DNA of 64,000 nt, from contig CAZXAN010000003.1 in the NCBI GenBank assembly GCA_964638585.1, positions 30,047-94,046 on the forward strand, in the 5' to 3' direction. The notes under the pieces were generated by a model. It saw only the letters and a program-made list of their open reading frames with translations, searched no databases and was not told the DNA's origin. Positions 18,585-27,111 of this stretch are shown here, piece by piece; within the stretch, counting starts at the first letter, position 1, and every line of letters starts with the position of its first letter. This DNA comes from an uncultured Candidatus Saccharibacteria bacterium. GTDB lineage: Bacteria > Patescibacteriota > Minisyncoccia > Phycocordibacterales > Phycocordibacteraceae. A program made the translations under genes and the position numbers.

Positions 18585-19040
18585 TTAACAACAGCTCTCT
18601 TCCATTTTCTTTTCCAACTCGCTCTTTACTCCATTACCATTTTCGGTCTTTCGTAGCTGTGTCAATGTTATCAGAAGAAGGAATGCTATAGCGACAAGAA
18701 ACATTGTCCATAATTGTTCAAGAATCCCGTACATGGCCACAAATCCGACAGGAATGAACAACACTTTCCAGAATAGAATTCTGTTTGGAAATAGATTTTT
18801 GAATTTTTTCTCCAGTTGATATGCAACGCCGACTACTGTTCCACCCATAAGAAGTGCCGGGATTGTGAGGTCAACTTGGTAGCCGAAATTATATGCACCA
18901 AGAAGTCCGACCCACGTCAGAAACACTCCGGCGCATATAGGACAGATTGTGAACATCAGAAATTTATTCGCGAGCCACACCACTACCGAGACAGCTAGGA
19001 TTGAGATAATTGTGATAGTTATAAGCATATCTTTATACAA
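18585..19040 (-). CDS. Hypothetical polytopic membrane protein with a CPIC motif (possible DsbB-like thiol oxidoreductase partner)
   Basis: Four TM helices with CPICAGVF in TM2. It overlaps ccdA by 8 nt. Confidence 0.35.
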   Translation of the reverse strand: MYKDMLITITIISILAVSVVVWLANKFLMFTICPICAGVFLTWVGLLGAYNFGYQVDLTIPALLMGGTVVGVAYQLEKKFKNLFPNRILFWKVLFIPVGFVAMYGILEQLWTMFLVAIAFLLLITLTQLRKTENGNGVKSELEKKMEESCC

Positions 19041-19812
19041 CTAATATAAGCACGCCAATAAGAATCATCACGACGCCTGCGATTAAGCGCACGCGAGAGA
19101 GATTATTCAGTTTCCATCCCTGCATCTTATCCACGACTGCCTTATCGGCAGAAAACCACAAGACGAGCGCGAGTGGAATGATTAGAATGAAGTTGTAAAG
19201 GAATAGATACCAGAATCCTGTTACATAAGTCACCTGATCGCGGAGAAGTCCTATTACCATCAGATACGGACCGCCCATGCACGGGAACTGACAGATGCCG
19301 ACGAGCGCACCGAGTAGAAATGCAGCTATTATTGACGTCCTCTCCATAAGACGTGCCATCGGCGCGTGGACAAAGGACGGCAGAGCGAGCTTAATCGGGA
19401 CGTTCGGGAAGAATCGGTTTATAAGATTCACGATGCCAAAGATGACAAGAAGCGTCGCGCCGAGCTTCCCCATGAAGTGGGGCGTGTTGAAGATGTGCAA
19501 GACTTTTAGAATACCGAGGCCAATAAGAAGATACGATGCGAAAATGCCCGCAATGTAAACACCTCCGATTTGTAGTATCTTCTTTCGTGTCATTTGTAGA
19601 CCGAAGAGGAACGCGATTGTGATTAGAAGGATAGAGAACGAACACGGATGCACACTGTCTAGAAGCGATGAGATCAGCACGAGAGGTAAGAGCCACGCTC
19701 CACCCTGACTGATATTCCAGATAATGGAGGAAGTTACTGGAGAGAATTTAAGAATAATAATCCCCAGAATAAACACGCCAATAACGCTCGCAATAATAGT
19801 GAGACGCTTCAT
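19033..19812 (-). CDS. ccdA: Cytochrome c-type biogenesis/thiol-disulfide transporter CcdA (DsbD TM domain family)
   Basis: Polytopic protein with conserved Cys in TM1 (HPCSF) and TM4 (CQFPCMGGP). Confidence 0.7.
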   Translation of the reverse strand: MKRLTIIASVIGVFILGIIILKFSPVTSSIIWNISQGGAWLLPLVLISSLLDSVHPCSFSILLITIAFLFGLQMTRKKILQIGGVYIAGIFASYLLIGLGILKVLHIFNTPHFMGKLGATLLVIFGIVNLINRFFPNVPIKLALPSFVHAPMARLMERTSIIAAFLLGALVGICQFPCMGGPYLMVIGLLRDQVTYVTGFWYLFLYNFILIIPLALVLWFSADKAVVDKMQGWKLNNLSRVRLIAGVVMILIGVLILVV

Positions 19813-19814
19813 GG

Positions 19815-20333
19815 TTAAGGCGTTACGAGCGCCTTTATTTCAAGTTGAAGCGTACCACCCAACGTATCAGTGAGAGTTATGAACCTATCAATCCGACCGA
19901 CTCCTGCTGGACCGTGTGCATTCGGGTCATACACAACACGAACTGTGCGACTTTCGCCCGCCTTGATTAGTTCGTTGGCGGGCGGGACATAGCCCATGCC
20001 TGGCATTTTGAACGGTCCCTTGATATTTCCGTCTGGCAGAACAATAAAGGCAGATGTGCACATACAGGATGTAAGAACGGTGCTTACTTTTATATCTTCG
20101 CTCGTTGAATTATTCACAACAAACTCTTTAATCACGTTACCGTCTCTCATTGAGATTGTGCCGAAGTCGTAGAAGATTTCCGGCGCGGTGAGGACGCTTT
20201 TTGAAGTGCTTCTCGCTCCTGGAGCTCCTTGAACAGAGGCCGTTGTACTTCCCTTTCCTACATATCCCCAGACAAATAAGCCTACGAACACCAATAGAAC
20301 GACGCCGATACTTATACTAGTTTTTGATTCCAT
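19815..20333 (-). CDS. DUF1573 domain protein
   Basis: Membrane anchor plus a beta-rich domain carrying an SCMCT motif analogous to the DUF1573 SCGC signature. Confidence 0.6.
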   Translation of the reverse strand: MESKTSISIGVVLLVFVGLFVWGYVGKGSTTASVQGAPGARSTSKSVLTAPEIFYDFGTISMRDGNVIKEFVVNNSTSEDIKVSTVLTSCMCTSAFIVLPDGNIKGPFKMPGMGYVPPANELIKAGESRTVRVVYDPNAHGPAGVGRIDRFITLTDTLGGTLQLEIKALVTP

Positions 20334-20391
20334 AATAGTTAGAATTTAATAGAAATAAACTCATAGACAACGAATACGCTGTTCTTAACTA

Positions 20392-20778
20392 TTAGGATGG
20401 AGAATTTTCAAAAAGAGAAAGCCAGCGTTTTATTTTTCTATCTTGTGAAGTAAAAGGCGGAGAATTATATGAGATTGGAACGAATTGTTTGTATAAAAGT
20501 AGATGAAATGAAAATATTAAAATGATTACACTAACAAAAAGTAATGAGCTTACGAATAAACTCAACGGCACGTTGATAAACGACTGATATGCAGAAATAT
20601 GGTGAATGACTCCAGGCAAAACGTTCTGCGGGCACAGCGATACTCCAAACGAAAACGGACAGTCGCCCTGCATGCGTCCGTCAGCTCCATATGACATAGC
20701 GACGGAGCCAAAAAATGCCACCAGCAAAAACGACAATACCAGAGATGTCGTAGTGATTTTCTTAAACATAGGTTGCAT
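20392..20778 (-). CDS. Hypothetical secreted/membrane protein
   Basis: Signal peptide, then DCPFSFGVSLCP and HHISAY motifs and a C-terminal TM helix. Lies immediately downstream of copA. Confidence 0.4.
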   Translation of the reverse strand: MQPMFKKITTTSLVLSFLLVAFFGSVAMSYGADGRMQGDCPFSFGVSLCPQNVLPGVIHHISAYQSFINVPLSLFVSSLLFVSVIILIFSFHLLLYKQFVPISYNSPPFTSQDRKIKRWLSLFENSPS

Positions 20779-20787
20779 ATTTGTATG

Positions 20788-23124
20788 TTATAACTCTTTT
20801 GCCTTAAGACGAAGCGAGTTAGAGACCACAGAGACGCTTGAGAGAGCCATCGCGAGACCAGCGAAGACTGGCGAGAGTAGCCAGCCGAATACTGGATAGA
20901 ATACCCCGCCGGCGAGCGGTATGCCAACAATGTTATAGAAGAACGCCCAGAAAAGATTCTGTTTAATTCCTCTCATGGTTAATTTAGAAAGTCTCACGGC
21001 TTTCACGAGTTTAGATATGTCGCCATGGAGGAGTGTGATGCCGGCGCTCTCTATCGCGACGTCCGTTCCTGTTGCCATGGCGATGCCGACGTCCGCCTGT
21101 GCGAGCGCAGGAGCATCGTTAACGCCATCTCCTGCCATCGCAACAATCATTCCCTGCTTTTGCAACTCTTTAATTTTATTTAGTTTGTCCTCTGGCATCA
21201 CCTCTGCGACAACGTCATCAATGCCGACTTGGTCTGCGATATATCGCGCCGTGTTCTTATTATCTCCGGTGAGCATCACTATCTTTATTCCTAACGCATG
21301 CAAGTCTCTCACAGCATGCACAGCTTCTGGCTTTATCGCATCAGCAACCATTGCCACCGCGAGAACATTATCATCTTCTACGAGAATAACTGGCGTCTTA
21401 CCTTCTATCGTATCTTTTTCAAGAGACTCCGGTAACTTGGGGGTTGAACCCCCAAGTTGCTCACCAGCGAGTTTGACGCTCCCAACATGATACTGAACGC
21501 CGTCTATCTTGCCAGTAATCCCCTTCCCTTTCAGCATTTCAAAATTTTCTACAGGTACGAACTCTATGTTTTTTTCTTTTGCATACGCAATCACTGCATG
21601 AGCAATTGGGTGTTCTGACTTATTCTCAAGAGATGCAAGAATCGCAATTATTTCAGCATCACTTTTATCTGAATAATTTTTAAGGGAGACGAGCTCCGGC
21701 TTCCCTCTCGTCAGAGTTCCAGTTTTATCTACGACGACCACGTCCACCTTGTGCAACTTCTCAAGCGTCGCCGCATCTTTGACCAGAATCCCCTCCTTCG
21801 CTCCCTTGCCGACGCCGACGATTATCGCAGTTGGCGTCGCGAGACCGAGCGCACATGGGCAAGCGATAACCAAGATGCTAACAAAAGATACAAGACCATA
21901 AGATAGAGCCTGGGCGAATCCTAGATACTGCGAGCCTACGATAAGCCATGCACCAAGCGCAACAAAAGCTATAACTAAAACAATGGGCACAAAGACGCCC
22001 GAGATTTTATCTGCTAAAGCTTGTATGGGCGCTCTGCTCCCCTGCGCCTCTTCTACCATCTTCACAATATGCGCGAGCATCGTCTCCGAGCCTACTTTTG
22101 TTGCTTTAAAAGTAAACGAGCCCGACGTGTTAATTGTGCCTGCGATCACAGAATCGCCAACCTCTTTCTTCACAGGCATCGGCTCGCCAGATATCATAGA
22201 CTCGTCCACGTGTGACGAACCATCTACTAAGACACCGTCGACTGGGATCTTCCCTGCTGGCTTCACGATAATCAGGTCGCCATGCACTACCTTATCAATT
22301 GGAATTTCTAATTCTTTGCCATCGCGTATCACGAGTGCCGTCTTCGCCTGCATATTCAAGAGCTTCTCTATCGCATCCCCTGTCTTTACCTTCGCTCGCG
22401 CCTCCAGATATTTACCAAGCGCGATAAAAGTTATGACGATAATAGTCACGTCATAATATGTGGCATCTACGTTAATAAACGGTCGTAAACTATCTTCAAA
22501 GGCTGTGACAGCAAAGCTATAGACATAGGCAGCCAACGTCCCAAGCCCAATAAGCGTGTCCATATTCGCCTTGCCATACCGCAAGAATCTATAAAAGCCA
22601 AGCAGATACGGCTTGCCAACTACGAACAGCACGTAAGTCGCCATCAAGGGCAGCAAGTGGTGGAAAAATTCTTTCCAAAAAGTAGACATTTCTGGAGCGG
22701 TCCCAAATTGTGCGAGAATCTCCCACGTCAGAATAAACGCGCTGATAACAGATAGAGGGATTGCAGACATAACCATCGTGCGCATGTCCGCGATCTCTGC
22801 TAATTTATCTGCCTTAGACTGATTAAGACCTAGGTGTCCTGCGTGTTCGCTCTCTGACATCCCCATCTCACTTGCGCTGAGCGAGGCCGAAGTGGACGAA
22901 GTCGGCATTGGGTCAGCAATAATTAAAGAATATCCAAGCGGTTCTATTTTTTTAGAAAGCTCTTTCGGATTCGTCTTCGCAGAGTCGTATGAAATCTTCG
23001 CGGCTTCAGTTCCAGGATTCACTTCTATCGAGTGCACGCCGTCAACCTTTTTAAAAGTCTTTTCTATAATGCTCGCACAACTCGCACAGTGCATTCCTTT
23101 AATCTTGTATGTTTCTGTTTTCAT
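20788..23124 (-). CDS. copA: Copper-translocating P1B-type ATPase
   Basis: N-terminal HMA (GMHCASCASIIEKT), CPC motif in TM6 (ACPCALGLATP), DKTGTLT phosphorylation site and GDGVNDAPAL. Confidence 0.95.
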   Translation of the reverse strand: MKTETYKIKGMHCASCASIIEKTFKKVDGVHSIEVNPGTEAAKISYDSAKTNPKELSKKIEPLGYSLIIADPMPTSSTSASLSASEMGMSESEHAGHLGLNQSKADKLAEIADMRTMVMSAIPLSVISAFILTWEILAQFGTAPEMSTFWKEFFHHLLPLMATYVLFVVGKPYLLGFYRFLRYGKANMDTLIGLGTLAAYVYSFAVTAFEDSLRPFINVDATYYDVTIIVITFIALGKYLEARAKVKTGDAIEKLLNMQAKTALVIRDGKELEIPIDKVVHGDLIIVKPAGKIPVDGVLVDGSSHVDESMISGEPMPVKKEVGDSVIAGTINTSGSFTFKATKVGSETMLAHIVKMVEEAQGSRAPIQALADKISGVFVPIVLVIAFVALGAWLIVGSQYLGFAQALSYGLVSFVSILVIACPCALGLATPTAIIVGVGKGAKEGILVKDAATLEKLHKVDVVVVDKTGTLTRGKPELVSLKNYSDKSDAEIIAILASLENKSEHPIAHAVIAYAKEKNIEFVPVENFEMLKGKGITGKIDGVQYHVGSVKLAGEQLGGSTPKLPESLEKDTIEGKTPVILVEDDNVLAVAMVADAIKPEAVHAVRDLHALGIKIVMLTGDNKNTARYIADQVGIDDVVAEVMPEDKLNKIKELQKQGMIVAMAGDGVNDAPALAQADVGIAMATGTDVAIESAGITLLHGDISKLVKAVRLSKLTMRGIKQNLFWAFFYNIVGIPLAGGVFYPVFGWLLSPVFAGLAMALSSVSVVSNSLRLKAKEL

Positions 23125-23139
23125 AGAATTTTTGTATTT

Positions 23140-23165
23140 CCTAGTGCCTAGAGCCTAACGCCTAT
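23140..23165. repeat. CTAG-heptamer repeat (CCTAGTGCCTAGAGCCTAACGCCTAT)
   Basis: Shares the 17-mer TAGGCTCTAGGCACTAG (as reverse complement) with 4187-4203. Overlaps the csoR stop codon. Confidence 0.75.
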
Positions 23166-23437
23166 TTCCGCTTCAGCTTATAGACCTTCAGCACTTCATT
23201 TACTGCCTTACTACTCTGCCCCGATGTCATCTGCTCGTGTACGCAACCCTTCAGGTGATTCTCCATCAAGAGATCTTCAACAGTTGAGAGTGCCGCCTTC
23301 ACTGCTGACGTCTGCGCGATAACGTCAATACAATATGTATCCTTCTCTATCATCATGGCGAGACCGCGCACCTGTCCCTCAATAATCTTCAACCTTTTGG
23401 CTATTTTCGCGTCCTCTGTTTTATCTCCGTGTTTCAT
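23162..23437 (-). CDS. csoR: CsoR/RcnR-family metal-sensing transcriptional repressor
   Basis: 91-aa DUF156 protein with the conserved C...H...C metal site (YCIDV...HLKGC). First gene of the copA cluster. Confidence 0.85.
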   Translation of the reverse strand: MKHGDKTEDAKIAKRLKIIEGQVRGLAMMIEKDTYCIDVIAQTSAVKAALSTVEDLLMENHLKGCVHEQMTSGQSSKAVNEVLKVYKLKRK

Positions 23438-23448
23438 CCCCCTATCCT

Positions 23449-23465
23449 ATACCCCCTAGGGGTAT
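23449..23465. promoter_or_regulatory. Putative CsoR operator: GC-tract palindrome ATACCCCCTAGGGGTAT between a -35-like TTGACG and -10-like TAGGAT
   Basis: Near-perfect inverted repeat 12 nt upstream of the csoR ATG. CsoR operators are typically AT-flanked G/C-tract palindromes. Confidence 0.65.
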
Positions 23466-23493
23466 CCGTCAAGTGTAGTTGTGGATATGTGAA

Positions 23494-23527
23494 AGGGCGG
23501 GACATCATGTCCCGCCCTGTGTTTTCC
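23494..23527. terminator. Hairpin GGGCGGGACAT/ATGTCCCGCCC followed by GTGTTTTCC
   Basis: Perfect 11-bp stem. The T-run is on the + strand and only a weak U-run exists on the minus strand, so the strand assignment is uncertain. Confidence 0.5.
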
Positions 23528-23734
23528 GATTATCTTGGTTTTAGGATTAATCGGCAACCCCTAGTGCTTTGATTCCGAGTGAGTTTCGCCTCTCACTATC
23601 CCTCATTTAATTTATAACGCGCAGAGAGAGCTGCGCTATCGTTCAATCATCGCTACTAGGCTCCATTTTGTGGTTTACGCGGCTCTGGTCGAGGGTTTTT
23701 ATTTTCGTGAGAACCTAATAACTCACGTTGCGGT

Positions 23735-24076
23735 TCAGACGAACCGCGTCCTGACCGGCGCTTTCGCGTGCTGGCAGGAGTTGCCGTGGATGGTGGCCAA
23801 ATACGCTGCCATAATCCCACGCGGCACCATGCCCAACGGCATGTTACGCATCGTCTTGACCAAATTCCCACGTTGACTGACGCGGGTGAACTCAACGTCA
23901 GCGAACTCTTTTTTTGCAACCGGGCGCTCGGCTCTGCCGAGAAACGCGGCAAGAATGAGCTCACGGTTGGCCGCATCGTCCCCGTCGTTCTTCTTCACGA
24001 CGCGGATGACTCGTGGCGTAAACCCAGCCGCGACCAACTCTGCGATTGTCATGTCAAACACGTTTTTTCCGTTCAT
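23735..24076 (-). CDS. Hypothetical 113-aa protein, compositionally foreign (GC-rich, SD-preceded)
   Basis: An AAAGGAGAA SD lies 6 nt upstream, a TTGACA-N16-TATACT promoter lies upstream, and third codon positions are G/C-skewed, unlike neighbouring genes. Confidence 0.5.
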   Translation of the reverse strand: MNGKNVFDMTIAELVAAGFTPRVIRVVKKNDGDDAANRELILAAFLGRAERPVAKKEFADVEFTRVSQRGNLVKTMRNMPLGMVPRGIMAAYLATIHGNSCQHAKAPVRTRFV

Positions 24077-24140
24077 TGTGTTCTCCTTTTCGAGTGAACT
24101 TCGAACATGCGCATTTCTGCGCGCTTTATTACCTTCTGTA

Positions 24141-24168
24141 AGTATACACGAATAGCTGTATTTGTCAA
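24141..24168 (-). promoter_or_regulatory. Sigma70-like promoter TTGACAaata-N16-TATACT for the 113-aa ORF
   Basis: On the minus strand: TTGACAAATACAGCTATTCGTGTATACT. Confidence 0.55.
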
Positions 24169-24217
24169 TAGCTTTGGGACACCCGCCCAGAAACGCAATA
24201 AATACGACCTATTTTGG

Positions 24218-24236
24218 AACAAGGTTAAACCTTGTT
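24218..24236. repeat. Perfect 19-bp palindrome AACAAGGTTAAACCTTGTT overlapping the AbiEii stop codon
   Basis: 9-bp arms. No U-run follows on the minus strand, so it may be a protein-binding site rather than a terminator. Confidence 0.5.
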
Positions 24237-24912
24237 ATTCTAATATGATTTTGTTGACTACTTGAGGCACTTCTTTTATAAAATAGTCCTTTGCTTCTTT
24301 CCAGCTTGCTTCAAAGAAAATCTCTGGGGCAGGATCACTCTCGGCATCTTCAAAATAGACCAGACTTTTTAAGATATGGTGATAGTCATGGGCCACAAAA
24401 GGATACTGCTCTTTCACTCTTTTCATTAAATTCTCCAATGACTCTATATTCTTTGCGCACCAGTACAGGTCAAAGAAATCGCGCTTCCGCCCGCGTTGCG
24501 AAATGGCGATTATTTTCATAACGGCGATATCCAGCGGCTGTAGAATTTTTATTGAACCGTATTGAATAAAACTTTGATTGGGGACAAAGAACGGATAGGC
24601 AATAAAACTTATTTTGGCCTTAAAGAGTTCGCCATATACTGTATTTTTAGTATTTATGGTCGTCTCCCATTCGTTATTTCCTAAAAAATTTGTGAGTAGT
24701 TCAGATGTATCAAAGTCTGTTGCTGTTGTGAAAAAGTCCAAGTCTACTGACTTGCGATTCCCTACTTGCAGAGCTAGAGCTGTGCCACCAGCAAGATACC
24801 AATCACCTTCTGCGAGCCACGGTTGTTCAGATAAAAAACCAAACGCCTTTTTTGTTGCTACCGGTATTATACTAAAATTTGACTCTATTTGTTCTCTAGA
24901 AGCAGTGTCCAT
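24235..24912 (-). CDS. Nucleotidyltransferase AbiEii/AbiGii-like toxin (DUF1814 family)
   Basis: GGTALALQVGNRKSVDLDFF motif and 225-aa length are typical of type IV TA / abortive-infection NTases. Confidence 0.7.
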   Translation of the reverse strand: MDTASREQIESNFSIIPVATKKAFGFLSEQPWLAEGDWYLAGGTALALQVGNRKSVDLDFFTTATDFDTSELLTNFLGNNEWETTINTKNTVYGELFKAKISFIAYPFFVPNQSFIQYGSIKILQPLDIAVMKIIAISQRGRKRDFFDLYWCAKNIESLENLMKRVKEQYPFVAHDYHHILKSLVYFEDAESDPAPEIFFEASWKEAKDYFIKEVPQVVNKIILE

Positions 24913-25124
24913 AAATTTTTTGTTTGTGGCATTATCGAGCGCGATTTAGCGACCGTGCTTTTTAGTAGCGACTTGTCATAAAAATGATAGAGCCACTTCA
25001 CTTCGCTGTCATTGCCAAAGTCTAAAACTCTCTCAATAATGTATTGAGCATTTTTATCTGTGTCTATCTTCTCTGGATTCGTATCCCAGAATAAAGATTG
25101 TCTGAGCTTCATTACATTCTGCAT
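24885..25124 (-). CDS. Small upstream partner of the AbiEii-like NTase (putative antitoxin, family not recognised)
   Basis: 80 aa from MQNVMKLRQ. Its 3' end overlaps the NTase start by 28 nt, and the raw ORF's longer N-terminus would overlap the ABC ATPase gene. Confidence 0.45.
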   Translation of the reverse strand: MQNVMKLRQSLFWDTNPEKIDTDKNAQYIIERVLDFGNDSEVKWLYHFYDKSLLKSTVAKSRSIMPQTKNLWTLLLENK

Positions 25125-25131
25125 GCTCCAA

Positions 25132-25821
25132 TTATACCATACTTGCGCTCGTTGTTTTGATGATTTTGCCGTCGTCCAGAGTAAGGATGCGGTCAGCGAA
25201 TGAGGCATATTCGTCTTCGTGAGTCACCATAATAATAGTCTGACCTGATTTATGGAGTTCTTTAAAAAGATTCATGACGCGTGATGATGACTCGCGGTCC
25301 AGATTCGCTGTCGGCTCGTCTGCGAAGAGGATGCTTGGCTTATGCGCGATAGCACGTGACACAGACACGCGCTGTTGTTCACCTCCCGAGAGCTGACTCG
25401 GCAAGTTTTTAAGACGATTGCCGAGACCCACTTTCTCAAGCGCAGTACTAGCCTTTTCTTCTGCTACCAAACGCGAAGCCCCCTGCATAATGAGTGGGAG
25501 CGATACATTCTCTATCGCCGTTAGCTCCGGCAGAAGTGCATAATCTTGGAAGACGTAGCCAAATTCTTCTAGCCTAAACACCATCTTTTCTCTTTCGCTC
25601 ATCGCGTGCGCCTCTTTACCATTAATTAAGATCTCGCCTGATGTCGCTTCATCCAGAAGCGACATCTGATAAAGAAGAGTACTCTTCCCCGCTCCCGAGC
25701 GTCCCATAATTGCTACAAACTCGCCCTGCTTAGCGGTAAAGCTAATTCCCTTAAGCACGGTCGTAACATTTGGGCCGTCCTTAAAACTTTTTATTAGATT
25801 TTTAACTTCTATTGTATTCAT
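25132..25821 (-). CDS. ABC transporter ATP-binding protein (MacB/LolD/FtsE-like)
   Basis: Walker A GRSGAGKST, signature LSGGEQQRVSVSRA, Walker B ILFADEPT. Confidence 0.9.
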   Translation of the reverse strand: MNTIEVKNLIKSFKDGPNVTTVLKGISFTAKQGEFVAIMGRSGAGKSTLLYQMSLLDEATSGEILINGKEAHAMSEREKMVFRLEEFGYVFQDYALLPELTAIENVSLPLIMQGASRLVAEEKASTALEKVGLGNRLKNLPSQLSGGEQQRVSVSRAIAHKPSILFADEPTANLDRESSSRVMNLFKELHKSGQTIIMVTHEDEYASFADRILTLDDGKIIKTTSASMV

Positions 25822-25849
25822 GGTTCAATGTTATTCACCACAGGTATAT

Positions 25850-27109
25850 TTAATTGCGACCGAGGATAGAATCCAGCGTGTTCCGGCGAACTATCATCCG
25901 CGAAGGTAGATAGCCGGCGATGACAGTCGTGAGAATTATCAGTCCTATGCGAACCATAGTCTCGCCTATTGGTGCGACTATGATAGCCTCGCTAATCGGT
26001 AGCGATATCGGATTTGCCGATACGTAAGGCACTAGAAAACCGTAGAGAATAGCTAGACCGATGCCAGAACCGATAGCTGCATAAAATAATGATTGAAAAA
26101 CGTATGACAGCTCAATAGCAGAACCAGAAATGCCAATGCCTTTTAATATGCCAATAAATTTACGCCGAGTAATCGCATTTATAAAGATAACAATAAATAT
26201 GGTGATTGCTGCAACAACAAGACCGATAGAACCAATTGCGTTACCTATCATCGCAAACGTGTTCTGCACTTCGGCGACTCCGTTCGGTATCCCCTCTTCA
26301 AATGTCTGTACTTTTGCTTTATCTCCAACACCGCTCCGTTTCAATAGGTCCCGGAATGCCACACCGTCGGTACCGGGCTTAAGCAGGATAGCTATCTCAC
26401 TTACTGCGTAATCGTTTCTGCCCATCAATTGGCGGACTTCGGCCGCTGGCATAAAAACTCTAGCAGCCAAGGGAGAATTCGCCGGCACATCCAATATTCC
26501 CTTCACTATCACCTCGCGCGTATGGCCGTTTATTGTGAGGCGGATCTTGGTACCGGGATAAACATTTTTGAGAGGAGTGAGTCCGGGTTGTTCACCAAAC
26601 GAATATCTATCAACAAACTGCGGCCCGAGAAGAACGGTGTCGTAGTCTTTTTCAGACAGATAGTGCCCTTCGCCTACATACTTAGAAAGATTGGAAAAAT
26701 CATTTTCAACAGATGGGTCAATCCCCACTACGGACGCGCCCGTCTTATTAGCTTTTTCGTTTAAGTCTACTCGCGAATAATAATTCGCTTCAACAGTGCC
26801 AGAAGTGCTGTACCGCGCGCTAATAACCTGCGGTTGCGGGAGTGTTTTGAGAAAGGAAAGAATTTGCGGACTGTTCTCTATATAATCTTTTGTATCCAGT
26901 GGAGTAATCATCACGTCGCCAGTTTGTTGGATACGAAATTGGTTTGAAATGCCAGCTACAATGCCCACGAGTAAGCCTGTCACCACTACAAGATTAAGGA
27001 AAGTCAGAAGCATTACAAATACGATAAGAGTCGTAGTCCAACGGCTCGCACGTCGCAACTGTCGCAATGCGAGATAAAAGCCAACGCGGATATTTACAAT
27101 AGAAAACAT
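25850..27109 (-). CDS. ABC transporter permease, FtsX/MacB-type
   Basis: N-terminal TM helix, large extracytoplasmic domain and three C-terminal TM helices; 419 aa. Confidence 0.8.
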   Translation of the reverse strand: MFSIVNIRVGFYLALRQLRRASRWTTTLIVFVMLLTFLNLVVVTGLLVGIVAGISNQFRIQQTGDVMITPLDTKDYIENSPQILSFLKTLPQPQVISARYSTSGTVEANYYSRVDLNEKANKTGASVVGIDPSVENDFSNLSKYVGEGHYLSEKDYDTVLLGPQFVDRYSFGEQPGLTPLKNVYPGTKIRLTINGHTREVIVKGILDVPANSPLAARVFMPAAEVRQLMGRNDYAVSEIAILLKPGTDGVAFRDLLKRSGVGDKAKVQTFEEGIPNGVAEVQNTFAMIGNAIGSIGLVVAAITIFIVIFINAITRRKFIGILKGIGISGSAIELSYVFQSLFYAAIGSGIGLAILYGFLVPYVSANPISLPISEAIIVAPIGETMVRIGLIILTTVIAGYLPSRMIVRRNTLDSILGRN

Positions 27110-27111
27110 GC

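Noticed and set aside
23656-23976. 106-aa minus-strand ORF and two + strand ORFs (23768-24097, 23886-24155) in the GC-rich segment.
   Set aside because: They overlap the SD- and promoter-supported 113-aa ORF in other frames, and their translations are low-complexity Arg/Ser/Pro-rich, as expected from GC-rich off-frames.
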